DNA of 63,182 bases, counting the filler, from Choristocarpus tenellus KU-1152 (Eukaryota; Protista; Phaeophyceae): NCBI GenBank assembly GCA_964200185.2. It is 13 parts of 13 records of this genome, joined end to end, with 100 filler letters (N's around TTAATTAATTAA, not from the genome) between each part and the next. Parts side by side here need not be neighbours in the genome. Positions count along the whole stretch, not along the records: positions 23,716 to 29,721 come from CAXNAD020009188.1; positions 29,822 to 39,781 come from CAXNAD020003243.1; positions 39,882 to 42,964 come from CAXNAD020022440.1; 10 more parts are not named here. The stretch is one strand, 5' to 3'. Positions 26,100 through 40,135 of the stretch are shown here, piece after piece; position 1 is the stretch's first letter; the number at the start of each line of letters is the position of its first letter. The notes beneath the pieces are model-generated. The model was not told the DNA's origin. It made no database searches and worked only from the letters and a program-made list of their open reading frames with translations. The translations under genes and the position numbers were made by a program.

Positions 26100-26500
26100 A
26101 ACTGCATGGAGAGCACTATTACCAGTAGTCAAAAGCGTGGGGGCTCATTCTCATAAGATCAACGATTCTCAGTTTTCAGTAGCTGTTATTGGTTGTACTC
26201 ATAGCCAGCAGCACCTGACAGCACGGAGAGCATATACGGCCAGAGTAGGCACCTCCTTCAGCACTTCTTTGCCAAGAGCGTTTCACTACACCCCTGCTTT
26301 GTTGTGCCACAAATCCAGTCGATTCTTGCCTTTGAAAGAGCCAGCTTTGCACATGGCGGAATGCATCATGCACTTGCCTACAGGGCCTCCTCCGCGCACG
26401 TTCCTAGCATTTGTTATTGCTGCAAAGGCGTTGTTCCGGTGGTTGGTAACTGTCATTCTGCCCTTATCTACAGATCTTGGAGAGGATGCCTGCCATTCTT
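26100..26500 (-). pseudogene. Possible hAT transposase C-terminal (dimerisation) relic
   Basis: RLDLWHNK...VPTLAVYALRAV...PITATEN weakly resembles W...P.L..+A.++L..P.S+A..ER; stops present. Confidence 0.3.
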
Positions 26501-26603
26501 GTCGTCAATTTCCTCCTTGCTATAGTCATTTTGGGACAGAAAGCAAAGGCGGAGTCATTCACATGGGAGTGACAATACTTTCCACGTACCTGCACGTGCT
26601 TCT

Positions 26604-26851
26604 GAGTAAAAGTATCTCGAAGGGTACGAGTTTTGTCCTGTTTGTCCATTTGGGGTTTGGATTTCTTATGACAGTTTCCTACTCCAAAATGTTTCGGAGT
26701 AGGTGAAATGTATACATTTTGAAAAGGTGTGTCCGGAACAAGGATATTGACACTTCCCGACAAACACCATAACCAAAATTACATCAAAATTACAATATTG
26801 GATTTTGGTCCACAAATGGACGCGGCTCTACCCTCGAAGATGCTTTGACTC
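26604..26851 (+). mobile_element. MITE family A, TSD TCT
   Basis: Both TIRs present; TCT on both flanks. Confidence 0.92.
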
Positions 26852-28151
26852 TCTGGGGGGGTGAATTTCGGTTCAGGAAGTTGTCAACCCACGAATATTT
26901 GGTAACAAAGTCCTCAAGGTCATATAAAATGCGGCTGAGTCTACTACATCATACTTATGTTGAAGTGTCCGGCTTGATCTTATGTGCAAGGTGCAGGAGC
27001 CTGTGGAGTGATTCCACCACCTTCAAGAAAAAGCCTATCTCAAACCAAGCTACCTTGTTCTGCTCTTAGGCATCCAAAACATATCTCTCAATCTCCTTCC
27101 CAAGCTTTCTCAAGCCAATCATGAGATTTGAGTTAGGTACGTGAGCAGAGAATCTTGATCCACACACATGCTGATTAACACTTAGCACTTGCTTGCACTA
27201 CATGCAAAATGATGTAAAAAGCGATGGACACTGGCAAATTGGAGGCCAAGGTTGTATACTTGAAGGTTGGCAGTCACGTAAACATGGAACAGGGTATGGC
27301 CGGCTGAACAGTAAAAGCTGAACATAGACCCAAACCAACTGAGAGGTAGGCAAGCTTTGACCCTTTTTGTATTCAAAGTCATCTCTCTTACTCCATGCAG
27401 AACTCTATTTCATTGCTTGATGTGCACAATAGTGTACGAAAAATTGTTAGTCTCCCTTTTCACACACAAAGTGCCACCACAATTTTGCTAAGGCTGTTTC
27501 CACAATTGCAAAAAATGACATCTTTTTGCCCTCTCTCGAGATCCTTAAAATGCAACCCTGCCTACCCCCTCGATGGTTTGGCCAGACGCTTTTTAAAAGC
27601 GTATCTTTCAATTTCTTCTATGGTTATCATTTTTGTTCCTATAAATTCTGCTGCAGGTGGCCAATAATTGAACCCACCTCGGTGTTCTGTGTATGCCCAA
27701 AATATATTGATACAATAAAGTGCAGACAATCGATGCAGCTGCAACACACTTTGAAATTTCGACCCATCTTATCCAGAAAAAAATATGGGTCTAGAAGGAG
27801 AGGTCGCAAAAGGAAGCACATTGATTGCTGTTTAACTGGCTACAGGTCCTGCATGACCAGGTGCAGTGTCCAGGAAGTGAGGCGAACTCCTTCTGCAGTT
27901 GGATCTAGCTTGTTGAGAAGCTTGGCGCTGTGAAGGCTCGTCGCCAAAAGCTAGTAGTTGAGTTACATGGTAAAACATAAACTGAATACTAATTATCCAC
28001 TGGGTGCCCAATATCACTAATATTGACCCACCATACCAGTGGTATTGGCCCACCATACCGCTATGTACGTTACTACTTTGTACTGTACTGACCTAAAGAA
28101 AAACGTACACGAAAACTATGTTACATATTTGTATTAGCACAGACAACAGAA

Positions 28152-28410
28152 GAGTGAAAGTATCTTAGAGGGTACGATTTTTGCCCTGTTCGTCCATTTG
28201 GGGCTTGGCTTCCCACAGGTGTTTTATGACATATTCCTACTCCGCTATGTTTTGGAGTAAGTAAAATTTATGCGTTATGAAGAGGTGTGTCCGGAACAAG
28301 GATATTGACACTTCCTAAAAAACACGATAGTCAAAAATACATCAAAATCGGAACATTGGATTTTGACCCCAAAAACGGAAGCGGCTCTACCCTCTAAGAT
28401 AATTTGACTC
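28152..28410 (+). mobile_element. MITE family A, TSD AGAA
   Basis: Both TIRs present; AGAA on both flanks. Confidence 0.93.
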
Positions 28411-28429
28411 AGAAGGATAACCCTATAAT

Positions 28430-29721
28430 ATTCGACACCCTCCCCTTGCTGAGAACAAGTATTAACTCCGAAATAATGACGCCAATAAAAAACTCTTTGT
28501 ACCTTTGACCTCCAAGATATTGCTCCTCCAGTCGCTGATCTAGGATCATTGCAGTCTCCAGCATAACTAGCATCAGCATACTCACTCAACTCACACCCAG
28601 TATCAAAACCACTAAACCTCAATCCAACACTGGGACATGTATTCAAGCATGCTAAAATCCACTTCACAGCATGCCAATGCGTGACTTTGGGATTACTACT
28701 GTACTTGGCAACTTCACGAGCTGTATTTGTAATGTCTAGCATAGTAATAACAGATGCCTACATCAAAACATCATTTATACCAACTACCAAAAGATTATCG
28801 ATGTGAGGTGCTATCACAGCACAAACAACGCCATCTTTTACATAGCACAACGCACAGGGATCAGCTCGGCATTACTCAATAACGTGCACGATCAAATAGT
28901 TAAGCTCCTTGCTAGCCTGTTTGGTGCCACAACAAGCTTTCAATAAACGCACAATCCTTTCTAGCCATGTACCACATCCATCACGAAAACGAACAAATAT
29001 TTCTTTTTCTGGTTTCTGCTCTAATATAAATCTGCTTTATATCCCAATCCTGCGATTCCATGTCTGTAATTAATGCCAAAAATCACTCTTAAATGTACAG
29101 GCTGTGTCGTCAGGGCAAAGCTACCGCAGAAAATCTAAATCCTTAGTCTCATGCGACTAGACATGCCTTGTATCTCACCATCTTACCAAATTCATTTGAA
29201 CTTGTGCTAGTGAATCTATTTTGGTGTAAGCTTCCCTGCGTCCGGGGAGTAACACGGCCTCCACCCAACTGTCATTCAAACAACAAACCAGACATCTCTT
29301 TTGCTCTGGTTCGATCCTATAAACGGCATTCAGGAGAACTATGTGCTGTTCTTACAATCTTGGGTTTGAGAGGGATATCATCCGCTGACACTCTAATAGA
29401 CTCATCACTCACACAAATCAGAAGGGTAGTTTCAATGGGAAACAGGCAAAACATATCAAAAGTGCAACTCTTGCAAAATAAAACAGCAGAAAAATCAAAG
29501 AAGTTTGCACAGACACCAGGTGAAGTGCTCGCAGAATAGTGACCTCAGCGTCCAGTCTCCACTTCCTGAACTCTCACCAATCTAGACCTCCGTTCATAAC
29601 AGTAAACATCTATCTCATACTCCCCTAGCACTCTCGATCGGTCCAGGAGATATGTTACAGGCGCCCCTCAATGCTCACCTTTCCAGGATGTACAAGTCAA
29701 ATCCGATTCACAGATTAACGC
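28430..29721 (-). mobile_element. Ty1/copia RT-RNase H relic with adjacent LTR family 1 end (29653-29721)
   Basis: LDITNTAREVAKYSSNPKVTHWHAVKWILACL...YADASYAGDCNDPRSATGGAISWRSKVQ; PHIDNLL upstream; TGTTACAGGCG at 29653. Confidence 0.85.
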
Positions 29722-29913
29722 NNNNNNNNNNNNNNNNNNNNNNNNNNNNNNNNNNNNNNNNNNNNTTAATTAATTAANNNNNNNNNNNNNNNNNNNNNNN
29801 NNNNNNNNNNNNNNNNNNNNNGTAAGTAGCTTTTCAAAAACTAAAACAATAAAATCCCCCCCCCCCCCCCACCCTCCCACCACCTAACATCTCTCCCCCC
29901 CCCCCCCCCCAAC

Positions 29914-32900
29914 CTCAAAGGGGAAGTATTTGTCATCATCGATCATGAAGTGCACATCCAGACTGAATAGCTCATCTGTTACCAGCTCTGTCTGCTGCAC
30001 GTCCTCTGTAAGCATGCGGAAATACTCTATATCCTCAAGGATGGTCTCCTGTGGAGTCATTTGTAGGTAATATCATTATTTATGGCCATCACATGAGGAA
30101 ACAATTTGGTAGGTTTATTTTTCCCACTGTGGTCAGTCCAGGTATTCACAAGCACATTGAGGGGAAGAACACAAGATGTGCATAGAAATACAGTATATCA
30201 TAATATACTTCATGTATACACCACCTACTACTACTACTACTATTGATACTAAATGGTGGGTTAGATGGTTGGGTGGGTGGATGAATTGTTGTCTTGTAAG
30301 ATTGGGTTTTGTTTTTTGAACAATCATGTTGTACTATTTCAATGAGTGGACTTGCAACAGTGGCAGGGGGAAGGTATTATTCAACAGGACAGCAACTATA
30401 AATTCTCCTCCCCTTGACAACATCTGCAAACTGTCCCATGCATAAAGTAATACACAGCCGGAAATACATGAAAGTCAACAACCTCCATGAGCCAGATGAT
30501 ATGAATAGTGAGACCTAGGTGTATTATTGATTACCTTGATACCATAGCAGCCCACTATCAACCTTACAAGATGTTACTATCAAGAGGGACACAGCAGAGG
30601 TGAACACACAAAACGGCCTTCTCAAAGAGACCTCTCAAGCATTCCACCTCGTTGGCTGACCCCATCACCACAATCGTAACCATACATGTAGAATTACAGT
30701 CCCATACAAAACCAGCTTGTGCTCCATTCACTATCATACCAGATGGTGCATAGCTACCTCCTGAGATGGACCAGAGACTTGTGAAGCAGCTCCCATGGTC
30801 AACTGTGCCTAAGTAAAACTGGAACAAACATCTGCCTCAGATTCAGAAACGCTGGATGCATCACAAAGGCACCTTCTGTAAAGCCTGGTAGTAATCACTA
30901 GAGGGTGGAATGGAACATACTTACCCCCTGACATGAACATTGTGCCGTGGAAATACAGACTTGCACAGCCCAAACAGCCTATACAGTATATACAAACAGT
31001 ACTACACAAGTCAAATGGCATGAGGGATTTCCGCCTTCTACTCTTGCTCACTTTCCTTCATACATAGTTTCCTCCAACTTTACTCCAGGTTGATATCAGC
31101 AAAAATAACATGACACATTTTGCTGCTTGGAAATAAGGAAAAGATAAAAAAAGGTGAAGGATTGGGGTGTATTACAGGGTGAATGCATGTTACTGGCTGA
31201 ATGTGATATGCATGCCATCCCATTGGTGAAAGAAATCATTCTGGTACTTTTTGCATCATGTCCCCAGAACATACAGCTATCATCGTTTTCACTCTTCACC
31301 TTGGGGAGTCCCAGCATAGCCCGCCATGCTGCAGGTCTAAGAGATGCAGGTAATCCACATTTTGCATAGTTCTTTACATCAGGACTGTAGCCAGCCTGGA
31401 GAAGCTGTTGACCCAGTGCAAAACGCTCCTCGGAAAACCTTGGGATACAATTTCAGGATACAATTTCAGTGCATATGAAAAATATGCACATGTTGGTGTC
31501 TTGCCATGTTTTGCGTTTCTTTTCAAAATAGTGAGCTGCATATGTCTGCGTGTGAAGATGTGAGGTGTGAACTACTTCAAAAATGTGTATCTTCTTACGC
31601 TAAACAGTATGTTTCTGTTTGTACTCCAGGGTATGTTTTGTGTGTGTATGGATCTGTGCGTGTATGGAAATCATGATACAATTGTTTTAGATTGATACAA
31701 TTACAGTACACAATAGTGCTTTGGCACATGCACAAGCAAGCATACACACACACACACACGAGCAGACATGCGTTTATTGCCAAATACAGTAGCGTAGCAC
31801 CTTTTTCCCCACTTTTTTTCTTCTTTTTCAACGTTTTCCACTCTCTCTCACATACACGCACACACGCATGCACACACGCACATGCAAAGGTCCACTACAG
31901 TAGGCCAGAAGAGTACCTGCTCTCTCCACAGCCTGGTCGGTCATCTAGACCAACCTGCATCACCTCTGGAGCTAGCTCACAGTAAAGCTCCTGCAGCTCC
32001 TCCAGGGTGGGTGTTCGTAGCTGGACCTATTGCCACCCATGGACAAGGTAAGGTATCCATGGACATAGTATAGCAGAGTACAAGTTACAATTTGAGAGGG
32101 AAGGAGTACGACTTATAAAACAAGCCAACCAACAATATAGGAAAGAAGGGCAGCTGAGTGGATCAATGCTGTTAGAATACAATGAGGTTTTTCCGTCTGA
32201 CACGATTCTTGACAAAGTGCATCAAAGAGGCTGGTGGGATGTGGTGAAAAATTCAAACCACATTAAGTATTGTAGCGCTCTCTTGAAGGTCAGCGATGAT
32301 ACTTAATTAAAACAGTAATATTTTGTGGAACTCAAAGGACTCTTGCAAAAGGGTAGGTTTGTACAAGCAAGAGACACAAGAAGTAAGGGGATAAATGGAA
32401 TAAGGTAATGCATAACACAAATACTATGACTCCTATATGACGGTCCACGACCCTCTTTATTTCTCAATATAGGCAGGTTTCAGGCATATTGTGTATGAGA
32501 CACTCGCTTAATGTCGGAGAGTTGTGGAAACTATATTTGTTACAGGGCAAGGCATGGTGGCTGCCCAGGCTACATACTTGTTGACCCTGTAGTCAAAACA
32601 AGCATCCTCCTAATGTAAGCAGTCATGTGCTGGACGGGGAGATTGTCAACCAGCTCGGTGTTACAACAGCATACCAGTTGAAGTCAGCACAAAACGAAAC
32701 ACAACACTTAAGAGAAAAAAAACAACTAGCTCTGAGTCATAAATATCCCTATTTGCTTTAACCTCAAAGGACATGGAGGTGAGAGGGGTAGGGGGGGGAC
32801 CCACCCCCAACCAGGGAAAGGCAACAGTAAATCAGATCACTCCAGTGAACCAACTTAGAAGATGGAAGCATCCCACCACAATAGTACTGTGCCTGCAAAC

Positions 32901-35900
32901 AGTTGAAGCCCTTAACGATTCAGATACAAGCAAGGAAAAAAACAAAGCAAAATATCTGAAGCATCACCTCCCGCACCCCCAACCTCCCCCCAAGACCCCA
33001 CCAATGGCACTTTTTGGGGATGGAGTATGGAATCTGACAAATGTCTCTTTGCATCACAATTTTGATTGCACGGATGTGGGCAGTAGATTGTGGTTTTGAA
33101 CGAGACTGACTTGGATATCGTTGGGGGTCTACTCAGGTTCAGTCATTTCCACCCAACCTTGGACTCACCCCCCTTTCGCACTGTTCTTGAACTTTGTCAA
33201 CTGCCCCAAACTGAACAACATTGGACTATCAGCGGTGTTAGTAATCGGAATGGCACTAATAGAGTGTAATGGCAAACATTGACTCTTTTCTTGTTTAGAC
33301 TCATTAATGTATTTCTAGTGCACACAGCTAAAATTCCTTATTTACGACAATTCCTTATCTATGCTTTCACACCATTTTTTGGAAATCTCACAACAGGCGG
33401 GGTTGCTTGCATTTAGAAGATGTACTGTTGTCCTGGAGGTTAAAAGGTAGCCATAGATGTCATCTCTTCACTCTCAACCAACATAAGGAGGGTACTGTGC
33501 TTGAACAAAGTAACATGGAGATCAAACTTAAGATATTCCAACACAATGACCCTCTCCTCTCCAACTCGGAGGATCCAAAACCCCACCCCCCTCATGCATA
33601 TAAACAACACTCCACCTGGATAAGCCCCCACTCCCCCTCAACTGGGAGGAATCCGGATCTGTTTGGTGACCTGATTGCACTTACAGCCTCCAACAGGTCT
33701 GTTGAGTCGAACAGGAACCCTTCTCCACCAACACCCTTGCTGCCACTTCCATTCCCCCCGCCCCAATGCCTTCCCCTGTTTATGGAAAGGTCATTGAAAC
33801 CTCCGCTTGATCGTGCTGCCATATGCACAGGATGGGAGAGCATGGACAAAACAAAATAAAATACAAGGACGACATCCAAGGCTCAAAAAGTAGTAAGATA
33901 TAAAACAATTTATGGGGGAAGGGTAGGGACAACTGGGGGGTGGAGGGGGGGGGGGAGGGTAGGGGAATCGTTGAACATCATGGTTATAGAAACGAAAGTG
34001 TGATTGAGATCATAATTACTATGTACAACACTCCAATATTGCAGTCCCATGTGAATGCCAGAGTGCACAGCTACACCCTCAGAGAGAGACAAAATGTAGA
34101 GACACACAGAACACTGATTCACAAGAGGGGGAGAATTTGCCACAGGTGTTCTTGGAGATCCAGAACTGGAGATCAAGATTGGTGACCCAAGATGCGCTCC
34201 CCAAATCAACTCCACTACCAGAGGAAGAAATAGGAATCAGGCATCTCGACACTAGTTGTCTAGTGTGTGAAAAATTGTGCAGATATTGTGGAGTCAGGGC
34301 TGTAGGAAGACTGCTCCTTGCCAATACAAGAGGACGGAAATTTCAAGATGGACTCCCTGAAGCCCCCGTGGCTAGCTAGAGATTAACAGACCTAAACAAG
34401 TATATATAGGAACCCAAGAATATCCTGCAGGTCCAGCACCAATATCGACGGACTCGGTGCAAGCATACAATACAACATGGTTTTAAAGCACAACCCTATG
34501 CTAATAGTGGCAAAGTGGGTGAACCAGGTGGTACATTGTACAGCATAAAACACCTCACTAACCATTATAACCTCCCCCAATGGCATCCCTCACCCCCTGA
34601 CCTCCTGCTTCCCCGACCGCCCGCACTCTTGCGAGAGGGTTGGCCCCAGTAGCAGTCCTTGGTCTTGCAAACATTCCTCCTCTCTCTGCAGCCAGGGCAT
34701 TGAGCTCGTCTGTGACATTAGCCTGCCAGTGTTGGCATGCTTTCCTCACATGGTCCAATGGCTCATCATCTAGGAGCCCTCCACCCCCTCCACCACCACC
34801 TGTCCAAATATTGGTCTGTTCTAGGCAGGTGTATTGGGGGGGGGGAGAGCAAAAAAAACTCATTAAATTGAAATATGACAGCATTCCTAGTGGATAAAAC
34901 ACAAATATATCAAACCAAACCACTAGGAGGAGTACACTGTGCAAATAAATATAAACAAAAATAGAATGATTAAATACGGAATACTCTGGAGTAAAAAATG
35001 TATGGGGAAAAAAGTGGAACAGTAAAAACCCTTCTGAAGTGAGTGTCCATGCACACAAAGGGGCATTAACAGCTAACGAGTGGAGGGGGGATGGTGCTCC
35101 CCTGAGCAAGCATTTGCATAGATTTTGCTTCATGGACCTAGATCTAGCTGTGAACTGAAGAACAAGACTTGAAAAAGACTCGGGTCAAAGGAAAAACGTC
35201 ATTTGGGCACACTGAGCTCATCACTGAGGAGGCAAATCATCATGTTCAGAAACATGGAGGGAATCGAAAAAATCCGTCTGTTGCACATGCCTGTTTTTCA
35301 CAAGTAAGGGTCCTCAACCGAGGGAGGCAGGGCACAAGTCAGCAAGAAAGGCATGTACCCACCCATGCACTCTTCACATCTTGCTGTACGTATGATACCT
35401 ATCTATGCATGCGTGCGTGTATAAAAGTATTAGCTTTCACGAATGCGGTTGACAAAAAATGTCATAAAGCTTCATCGATCAGATCATTCATTCGCTAAAA
35501 AATGGATCCTTTGCTGCTGACATGGAGAGGAAGGACAGGCTCTCCCGCAAGGTTAATAAGCACACAAATGCGCACGAACAGCAATCCCTGTAACAGCCAT
35601 CAACCATCAGCTAGCCATTTCCCCTCACTCTTTCTCTCAGTCAGCACCTTTGAGTAGAGACACCGAAGATTTACCGGCAGAGAAGCTCCCACCATCCATT
35701 GACGCCTCACCCCTTTGGTATGAACTCCATGTATCAAGTTTCGCAGCTGTTACCCAGCAGTATTTGAGCGTTACCGTAGATTATGTAGAGAGGGTGTAAC
35801 AGGGGGGTGGGGGGGCACATTTTCATCTTCCTTTTGTTGATATGGGCTGGAGATGTATACCGAGTTCAAGGTATCACGGACACATGCACACATGAATGGA

Positions 35901-38150
35901 ATGACAAATGCTTCCACACAATGCATGTCCCTCAACTACAACAAAAAATAAAAATGAGTTATCCAGAGTGGGGACTTGACATCGTGACCACAGACCAGTC
36001 ATAAAACATCATACAACACAGACCATCATCGCACAACACTGTTTTGTTAGGAACTTCAAACTTCATCCAAAGGGACAACTTCAGGTGTCACAAGGTGCAA
36101 AATGGAACAGGTACCCTGGCCAATGCATCACTATAGAAAGGGTGCAAAAAAGGTATAGAACTGAGCAACACCTCATACTTTTTCAAACCGCAGCATAGAC
36201 CTCATTCATCCAAGCGGCTGGCTGAACGTGAAAGATTACAGCTTATGTACACAGCAAGCACTCCAATTCCCCAACACCCCTCACACAACTAATGGTAAGT
36301 GGAAACACAAAGTGGTTATCCAGTCAAACGGTATGGAGTGCTTGACTGGCAACTTTTTTTTCACTACCATGGTCTATTCTCACACCTCATACCTCATCAT
36401 AGAAGCCAAAATCCTTTAGGGCACTCAGGATAGCCTGGTAAGTATCTTGAGAGCGATCTTTGCTTCTTCTTGGAAGTGGTGGGTGTAGATGTCAATGGTA
36501 GACAGAGAAAAAGAGGGGAGCAAGGAGTGAAAGAGCTTTGACATTCTGAACTAAGTTGAAGTTGGGCAAATAAGCAATTCTTCAACTGTTAGCAGAAGTC
36601 TTACAAGATAGGTGGCGCCCAAGCAGCATAGAAATAACAATACATCATCACAGAACTTGAGGCTCTGATGTCAAGAAGATACTCATAAAAGAGGCAGACA
36701 CATTGGGGCAACTTGAAACGTACACAAACAAACCATCATTCTCCCTTGCATTTTGACATCACACTTCAAAGAATGCGTCACACTCCTTATCGCCAAGTAA
36801 TATCGGCCTGCCTTGTCTGTGAAAACAGGAAAAGGCAACAGGACCACAGATACAGGTGGTCAGACTATCCAAACATTTCCATCGAGGGAGACCATCAGTG
36901 TGTGATGCATTGATATTACATCTGCCCCTTTGATGCTTCCTGTATTACCGTCAGAAAACACTATATTTCAGAAACCATAATCAACCACTTGCTTGGCTGA
37001 TGTTGAGATGCATCGCCCCATATGCTTACTGTTGATAGCTACAGAGCAGAAAACGAATAACATTTTACTAGATTCAAAGAACAAATACTTGACAGGTCAA
37101 TGTTGCGGTACCAAATTTGACACAGTACGGCCAGCCTGTCACATACGGGGACAAAGTCTGTGATGTACTGACCACATGTAGCAGACATTTTATGCAAAGA
37201 TCTCAGTTTTTGCTTCTAAAGACTTCGTGGTTTTTGCAATGGAGAAAAAATCAAGAACAGACTACCAATCTACAGCCCTATTCCAACTGAAAGGTGTTAA
37301 AGGGCAATATAGAACACTTTTACAAGAGAAATTTCTCAAAATGTAGGGAGTAACACAAGCTAAACATTCTCACAAGAAAACGATTTCTAGGGTGTTGGTA
37401 GACAACATATTGGTGGCCACTAGATCTAGAGCCGCCTACCTAAGGGGTACAAACAGGTTAGATGCATCAAGAAAATAGTATCAGTGGAGAAGGAAGCATC
37501 AATCCTGCCTCAGCAGAATCCTGACATAGCATCTTCTAGCTACAGTTGGGTACAGCAAGGGGAGAGGGGTGAGAGTTGGCATATCTGGCAGCTAGGCAGG
37601 GGATGATGTGCTAAAGTGTATTAAACTGTTCGTCCAGGATGTGTCTAGTGTCTGCCATAGTGACTTGATGGGCATTAATACTCAGCTATACAAATCAGAA
37701 CCCCCTTCCAGAATTGCAAAGGCGTACGCTAATTTACGTAATACAAGAAGATGTGTAATAAGGTGAGGCTGGCGTCAGAATGTTTCCGTCAACAAGTTCC
37801 GAGCACAACTAAACACTGTGAAGATCAAATGGTCAAACAAGAGTCACACTGGCTACCGGGGGAACGCACCCCATGGAGGCCAACCTCTGCTGTACACTCT
37901 CTCTCATTGACCAGAACGACCCACTGCCCTTGAGCGATGAAACGAGCCTGCTTGTCCAAAGGAGAGAATAGTCAGTAGAGGGACAGAGTTGAAGGTGCCA
38001 ATCGCAGTCGTGGTGGTAAGGCAGGGTTTTGGGGAGAAGCAGCACCTTGGCAAGGGCGGGACCGACGACCTGATGTCGAGAAGCATGGCAGAACTCCCAA
38101 CTCCACGTCATCCTATCGTTCCCATACGTTTGGATACGGGGGAATTCCAC
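29914..38150 (-). CDS. TBC1D19: TBC1D19-like Rab-GAP-domain protein, 5' part. Exons 37870-(~38150), 36393-36468, [probable short exon ~35079-35137], 34563-~34815, 33616-33815, 31917-32026, 31300-31438, 29914-30048; continues beyond the contig
   Basis: Phase-compatible GT-AG exons giving SRLVSSLKGSG; ILSALKDFGF; EPLDHVRKACQHWQANVTDELNALAAERGGMFARPR; DLLEAVSAIRSPN...GLIQ|VQLRTPTLEELQELYCEL...QVGLDD; FSEERFALGQQLL...GLPASLRPAAWRAML; LVTDELFSLDV...DDKYFPFE. These follow the order of blocks I recall from animal TBC1D19. Confidence 0.85.
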
Positions 38151-38891
38151 GGAAAGTCCACTCCATCACATGGCCAATTGTCCATAACCTCGACATGTAT
38201 GCTTCGCCATAAGCGGCACTCAAAGACATCTTCACTCTCACGGTACAACACCAGCAACAAATCAGCTACATTCCGACAGAGTGATAGGAATAGCAGAAAT
38301 GGATGGATTTGGGGGAAGGAGGATTTGTCAAGTAGAAGGGTCCTGAACTAGACTAGAGACACTTACCTGTGACACATCTCAGCTCGGTCTGTCGTGCCTT
38401 CATAATCCACATCGTGCGATGAACTGCAGCAAAAGCGAAGCGTACGAAATAGTCAAACCAAGAGGGGATCGGCAAGGAATCTTTAGAAATGAGTTGTCCT
38501 TGCAGATGTCTAGATGTGTAGATGGAGTCGATGGACACAAGCTAAACCTTCAAGAGAGGGGGGTATATGGCGGAAGGCTGCACTTACTGAGGATGTACAA
38601 GATGAGCGCGGGGGTTCTCGCCCTTCCCCAAAATCCCTTTTTCCATCTGGAGACATGTCAGTTGGGTGACATCCTCCTCTACTTCGATTTCTGACAGAAA
38701 CGTTAAGTGTATGCTGTATGTTGTTCCAGCGTTTAAACATTCAAACTAGTGTTCATTAACTATTAATATAGGAAAGATTGGATCGGAAGTTGCATAATAT
38801 AGCGAAGCGTTAATAGTCGTATATAGTTTTGACCTTACTACCTTCACAGTGAAAAGTTCTGGGCCCCTTAGGAGGCAAGCAGAAAGTTATT

Positions 38892-39149
38892 GAGTAAAAG
38901 CATCTTGGAGGGTAGAGCCGCGTCCGTTTAGTGGTCAAAGTCCAATGTCGCGATTTTGATGTAATTTTGGCTATCGTGTTTGTTAGGAAGTGTTAATATC
39001 CTTGTTCCAGACACACCTTTCCATACCATACACATTTTACCTAATCCGAAACATTTCAGAGTAGAAAAATGTAAGAAAACCCCCGTTGGAAGTCAAACGC
39101 CAAACAGACAAATAGGGCAAAATTCCTACCCTCTAAGATACTTTCACTC
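38892..39149 (-). mobile_element. MITE family A, TSD ATT
   Basis: Both TIRs present; ATT on both flanks. Confidence 0.92.
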
Positions 39150-39193
39150 ATTTAGATGAGTTGGTTACACATGTAGTGGAGGGGAGAGGGGTG

Positions 39194-39710
39194 AGAGACT
39201 ATAGCAGGAAAGGAGCTGTTAAGTAACGGTTGCGACAGATAGTGTCGACCAGGACACAATGGTTCTCTCGAAACGCGTCATGCGTTTCAAGGTAGAGACA
39301 CCAGGCAGATGGACAAGAAGGGGCCTGAAAGACTCTTGGAATGCTTTCCTAGCTCCCCCCCCACCTTTGTAGGGCTAAGCTAGGTTAAGGGGATAGCAGT
39401 AGTGTACACATTACATTGTAATTGCCAACCTTCAAGGGACCATTGTAGTAAATGTATTCAAATAGCAGATCATTCTTGGAGAGAGAGGTAAGGAGTCCTC
39501 GCGATATTGCTTTGGCTTTTTCCCCGACGTATGTGCAAAATGTCACAGGGCACAATAAATATTACATATATATATTATTATGGCCTCTAGTATTTTTTAT
39601 ATTGCTATGCCCTACGATATTTTGGGAATGTGTCAGGGAAAAGGTCAAACCAATACGACAAGGACCCCTGTAAAAGTAACAGTTGTCGTAAATGTGAAAA
39701 TATGTATCTC
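39194..39710. mobile_element. Family C foldback-like element, second copy
   Basis: Reverse complement of 24770-25212, followed by inverted core arms 39520-39560 / 39600-39700 (ccctgtaaaagtaacagttgtcgtaaa shared with ~24712). Confidence 0.65.
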
Positions 39711-40135
39711 CAGTAGTGTGATTATGTGGCGGCGTGGTTCACTCAGGCAAGGGTGGCGAAGAGAATCACCGGGCAAGACGGNNNNNNNNNNNNNNNNNNN
39801 NNNNNNNNNNNNNNNNNNNNNNNNNTTAATTAATTAANNNNNNNNNNNNNNNNNNNNNNNNNNNNNNNNNNNNNNNNNNNNCCCCGCCCCCCCCCCCCCC
39901 CCCCCCCCCCATCCCCTTCTCTTCCCCATTGCACCCCGGGCTGCTACTGGTGCTATGGATTTAGCGGCAGGATTTGTGTTCCAGGAGACTTCGTAGCCTG
40001 TTCCGAGAACGGCTCATCCTTATTCCCACAAGTAATGCCTGCAATGTTGAGGCGTTTGCTGCAATTTGTCGAGAGAGAGAGAGATCTAGTCCAGTTTTTA
40101 CTTTTTACTTCGTTGATCAATCAATCATTGTACAG

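Noticed and set aside
26137-26706. 189-aa plus-strand ORF
   Set aside because: No motifs, and its 3' end runs into a MITE; similar MITE-derived peptides recur in several listed ORFs (12884, 20843, 50927, 55553)
34558-35133. 191-aa ORF with a hydrophobic, membrane-like N-terminus
   Set aside because: The hydrophobic part is T-rich intron; only ~34563-34815 is a confident TBC1D19 exon
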